A stretch of DNA of 64,000 bases from Candidatus Bathyarchaeota archaeon (GTDB taxonomy: Archaea > Thermoproteota > Bathyarchaeia > Bathyarchaeales > Bathycorpusculaceae): positions 288,001 through 352,000 of the forward strand of contig CAVYHV010000014.1 in the NCBI GenBank assembly GCA_963768425.1, in the 5' to 3' direction. Numbering within the stretch: position 1 is the stretch's first letter; every line of letters begins with the position of its first letter. Of this stretch, positions 59,787 through 64,000 are shown one piece after another. Under the pieces are notes generated by a model. That model did no database searches and was not told where the DNA came from. It was given only the letters and a program-made list of their open reading frames with translations. Made by a program: the position numbers and the translations under genes.

Positions 59787-62700
59787 GTGAAATCAATATT
59801 TATGATTCATAACTGTCTTATTATCAACTCAATCACTAAAACTGGGGATAGAATAATACAATACCTCAATCAGAACGGAATAGATATAGAAGCATCTGAT
59901 TTGGTTTCTTCAAACAAGAAGAACATTATTCGAGTTTTGCATGTTGACGATGATCCGTGCATTCTGGAAATCTCAAAACAGATTATGACGGACATGGATG
60001 CCAGCCTCGAGTTTGATGCGCCTGTTGCGTGGATGAAGCCTTCAAGAAACTATCAAGCTGGACAATACGATATTGTTATTTCTGATTATGAGATGCCCCA
60101 AAAAGATGGACTTCAGTTTCTAAAAGAGTTACGAGAACAAAAGAATCAAATTCCCTTCGTACTATTTACGGGCAAAGGCAGAGAAGAAATAGCGATAAAA
60201 GCTCTAAACCTTGGCGCAGACGGATACTTCACCAAGCATGGATCCCCCGAAACAGTGTATGGAGAACTATGTCACGGATTAAAAATGGCGGTAACACGCA
60301 AAGCAACCGAAGCTGCGTTATTTGAAGCACAGACCCTGACAAATTCCATCATTAACAGCACAAAAGACATGATTTGGTCTGTCAGTGCTGATGATTTTCG
60401 TCTTCTCACATTTAACAAAGCGTTAAGCGACTATTTCTTCAGAACCCAGAATTTGACCATCAAAGAAGGCATGAATTCATGAAGATATCATGCCAACTGA
60501 ACAACTCGCCCATAGATGGAATGAACTTAACAAACGAGCATTGAAGGAGGGCTCATTCACAATCGAATACACGACCTTGAAGGAGCCAAGGGTTTTGGAA
60601 TTGACTTTTGATCTCCTAAAACGTGGGAACGAAGTTTTTGGAATTGCCGTGTTTGGAAAAGATATTACTGAACGCAAAAAAAATGAAGAAATCGTGAGAA
60701 AAAGTGAGGCGAGATATCGAGAACTAGCCAACTTTTTGCCAGAGATAGTTTTTGAAGCGGACTTAACCGGCAAAATTACTTTTTTCAGTCAAAGAGCTTT
60801 CGAAGAAACCGGTTTTACGGCAGAAGAACTCGAAAAGGGCATAAACATGCTTATCATTCGTTGTTCCAGAGGAACGAGAAAGGGCAAAAGAAGCAATCAA
60901 AAAAGCCTTAGCAGGCGGAGACAGAGCGAGGGCCACAGATACATGCTTTACAAAAAGAATGGTCTTTCTTATCCCGCGATTGTCAAAACGGCTGCTATCA
61001 TTTCCGGAAACAAAGTGACAGGGCTAAGAGGGTTAGTTATAGACTTGACGGAAAGCGAAAAGAATGAAGAAGCTTTGCGGAAAAGTGAGGAGCGTTTTCG
61101 TCAATTTGTGTTGTCCTCTCCAGACACAATGCATCTGCTTGATCCCAGTATCACATAAGGTGGAGTTCCTTAACCGTAAGGAGTTTTTGGGCTATTCTTG
61201 CAAAGAGTTAGAAGCAGCTAATTCAATTTTGCCTTATCTCCATCCCGACGATCGCGAATTAGTGCAAGCGGTGTTATCAGCTCGCTCTTGAAAGGCAGTC
61301 CTGATGGACAAAAACCCATTGAATATCGTCTGAAAAACAAAGCTGGCAATTGGGAGTGGATTAGAAGCCGAGCAACCATATTAAAGTACGATAATCAGGG
61401 CAAGCCTGAGCAAATATTGATGACGCTAACCGTAGTTACTGAAAGCAAAAAAGTTGAAGAGTCACTGAAAGAAAGCGAGGAAAAATTCAAGAAACTGGCA
61501 GAGGAATCGCCTAACATAATTTTCATCAACAATGCGAGGAAGAGTAGTTTATGCTAATAAAAAATGCGAAGAGATCACAGGGTACAGTAAGGAAGAATTG
61601 TATTCGCCTAATTTTGATTTTCTTTCTCTTAATCCGCCAGAGTATGTTGATGCAGTAAAGTCTGCCTATGGAAAGCATTTGAGGGGCGAAACGGTCCCTC
61701 CGTATGAGTATGCACTCATCACTAAAGATGGAAAAAGAATTAATGCAATAATCAACACGTCGCTCATAGAATACGACGGCGATAAGGCTATACTTGGAAT
61801 TGTGACGGATATCACTGAACGTAAGAAAGCGGAAGAGGCTCTTAGGCAAGAGCGGGATATGCTTGAATCAGTTGCGAAAGCCAGCGGTGCCGGTCTAGTA
61901 ATTGTCAGTAAAGATTTCCATGTGCTATGGGCAAATGACTTCATAAAACGCTACAAAGGCGATACTATAGGAAAACTATGTTATGCAACGCTTAACAGTT
62001 TGGATAAGCCTTGCTCTGATTGTGGTGTAGCAAAAGTTTTTGCTGGAAAAACAACTCTTGATTCCCACGAGTACTGCTCTACAACTGTCGATGGCAATCC
62101 GTATTGGGTCGAAATAGTGGCTACGCCTCTTTTGGATGAGAAGGGAAACATCACGTCCGCAGTGGAGATTTGTGTGGATGTAACTGAACGCAAGAAGAAC
62201 GAAGAGAAGCTAAGAGAAAGTATTCATAGAAACGAATTGATCAATGAGAAACTTCAGGTTGTTGGCAGTTTGACTAGGCATGATGTGGGCAATAAACTCA
62301 TGGTTGTAAAATCAAATATCTATTTGCTTAAGAAACAAATTGGAAACGATCCCAAATTAGCTAAGTACTTTGAAGCCATTGACTCTGCAATTAAGCATTC
62401 TGATAAAATGTTTGAGTTTAGCCGTATTTACGAGAAAATCGGAGTAGAAAAACCCTCAAGAACAGATGTTGCCGAAAGCTTCAATCAAGCTGTTGCCCTT
62501 ATGCCAAACTTGGGCGCAATAAAAATCGTTAATGACTGCTATGGTTTAGAGGTTAATGCCGATTCATTGCTCAAGCAACTTTTTTATAACTTTCTAGACA
62601 ACTCGCTGAAGCATGGCGAAAAAGTCACGCAAATACGTCTGCATTACGCTAAGGATTGTGAGGGAGTGAAACTTTTCTATGAAGATAATGGAGTTGGTGT

Positions 62701-62869
62701 GCCAGAAGCCAATAAGCCCAAGCTTTTTGAGATTGGCTTTACCACTGGTAAAGGCAGTGGTCTTGGATTGTATTTGATAAAGAAAATGATGGAAGTCTAC
62801 GGATGGACAATTAGTGAAGATGGTGAACACCGTAAAGGAGCAAAATTCAAATTAACCATTCCAAATTGA
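59787..62869 (+). CDS. hybrid sensor: receiver + multiple PAS + histidine kinase (several frameshifts)
   Basis: LHVDDD...SDYEMPQKDG...FTGKG; repeated DITERK; RHDVGN, NFLDNSLKHG, EDNGVG, GSGLGL. Confidence 0.9.
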
Positions 62870-62920
62870 CGCTGAAAACCTAAAATTCGGATTAAAGCAT
62901 TTTTTGGCACGCAATTTTTT

Positions 62921-63075
62921 AACGGTAGAAGACGTTAAAGAATGTTAACGGACGTCTGAAGACTTTAAGCGACGTTAAAGGACGATAAGTGACGTTAGTG
63001 ACTTTAAAGGACGGATGCTGCAGATGATTAAAGTCCTGTTTCAAAAAAGCAACCCAAAAAACAGAGCAAAAAATC
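62921..63075 (+). repeat. phased array element copy B: 10-bp units with GAC core plus homologous tail
   Basis: GAC at 62931, 62951, 62961, 62971, 62981, 62991, 63000, 63010; tail CTGCAGATGATTAAAGTCCT...AAGCAACCCAAAAAACAGAGCAAAAAAT. Confidence 0.85.
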
Positions 63076-63185
63076 TTCTTTTTAACCCACTCTATCCTTA
63101 AACCGAGCTTTCTGGAGCATGCCTCTGAAGGTCACTCTTTAATTTAATGGCATATAGATTCAAGATTTTTATGTTGACTTATAGC

Positions 63186-63330
63186 ATTTAGAGTCGAAAC
63201 AAGTCTTTTGTAGTCTTAACCAGTCAATTGGAGTCAAATCTAGTCAGATATAGTCTTTAGGAGTCGCAACCTGCAAACAATCCAAGCTCCTCCACAAAAA
63301 AGCAATCTGAAACACAAACACAAAAAATTC
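63186..63330 (+). repeat. phased array element copy C: 8 x 10-bp units with invariant AGTC plus conserved tail
   Basis: AGTC at 63192, 63202, ... 63262; tail GCAACCTGCAAACAATCCAAGCTCCTCCACAA...AAACACAAACACAAAAAATT closely matches copy A. Confidence 0.9.
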
Positions 63331-63354
63331 GCCAGGAATTCCATCGTTTTATAG

Positions 63355-63978
63355 CTAAGGTTCAGCCATGAACTCAATAAAGTCTTTCAGACTTCTTGGC
63401 TGTAATGTATAGTTGGATTTTCTTTCTTCGCCGATCGTTGAGAAAGCCGATGAGCCGTAATCATGCCCCGGATAGACTTCCACTGCGTCGGGCAGTTTCA
63501 TGAGTTTGTTGAAGAGGCTGTCGTACATGCTTTTGGAGCTGCCGCCTGCAAAGTCGGTTCTTCCGCATTCGCCGACGAACAAAGTGTCACCTGTCAAAAG
63601 CTTTTTGCCATCTACCAGCAAACAGATGCTGTCCGCCGTGTGACCAGGCGTGTAAATGACTTTTATGGGGATTCCGCCGACGAACAGCACGTCTCCATCT
63701 TCGACCCCGATGTCAAAGTTAACTCTCGACAGCTTGTAGGCTACAATTTTGGCGTGAAACATTGAGGTTAACTCGGCGTTTCCGGCAGTGTGGTCTGAGT
63801 GCCCATGCGTGTTGATAACGTACTTGAGCGTGAATTTCTCAGCGTTTAGAATCTTCATGATTTCGCCGGCGTTGAAGCTTGAATCTACAACTGCCGCGTC
63901 CTTTGCGTCTTCATCCGCCACTATGTAGGAGAAGTTGTCGCTGTGTTGCTGAATCTGCTTGAAAAACATTTCTTGCAA
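63355..63978 (-). CDS. metallo-beta-lactamase fold hydrolase (glyoxalase II/ETHE1-like)
   Basis: THGHSDH, TPGHT, TGDTLF...GRTD, YPGHDY. Confidence 0.92.
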   Translation of the reverse strand: MQEMFFKQIQQHSDNFSYIVADEDAKDAAVVDSSFNAGEIMKILNAEKFTLKYVINTHGHSDHTAGNAELTSMFHAKIVAYKLSRVNFDIGVEDGDVLFVGGIPIKVIYTPGHTADSICLLVDGKKLLTGDTLFVGECGRTDFAGGSSKSMYDSLFNKLMKLPDAVEVYPGHDYGSSAFSTIGEERKSNYTLQPRSLKDFIEFMAEP

Positions 63979-64000
63979 CCCTGAAAACCTATCTGGTAAC

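Noticed and set aside
62921-63270. GAC and GTC arrays as terminal inverted repeats of one MITE
   Set aside because: Each array has its own homologous tail on the right, so they are tandem direct copies; no target-site duplication seen.

Overview
Archaeal chromosome segment. The eS19/eL31/eL39/PDCD5/Rpp21/YhbY genes, HTH_10 and ArsR regulators, TTG/GTG starts and REC-PAS-kinase style suggest Bathyarchaeia (inference). Many genes are split by single-base frameshifts, most likely long-read indel errors. Layout: (1) 1-11.5 kb accessory region of small unrelated genes punctuated by four same-orientation copies of a 29-nt repeat, one joined to a tRNA-Leu-like 3' end; (2) 11.65-12.25 kb non-coding block with a densely self-complementary ~260-nt segment and a 10-bp-phased GTC array plus conserved tail; (3) rpl31e-rpl39e-PDCD5-rps19e; (4) an ~18 kb energy-metabolism block between rps19e and yhbY-rnp4 (long-chain prenyl synthase, MenA, VTE3-like methylase, cytochrome b5-Rieske fusion, cytochrome b, blue-copper protein, SdhAB, SucCD, citrate synthase, PrpD, ComA/HSA32-like protein, two 2-hydroxyacid oxidising enzymes); (5) a 32.8-59.4 kb surface-glycan cluster; (6) a hybrid histidine kinase, two more phased-array elements and an MBL hydrolase. 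The best candidates for something undescribed are the three-copy 10-bp-phased array element, the quinone/Rieske-cytochrome b/copper respiratory block, the 29-nt cassette-boundary repeat and the structured non-coding segment. All family assignments are by motif recognition; no searches were run.
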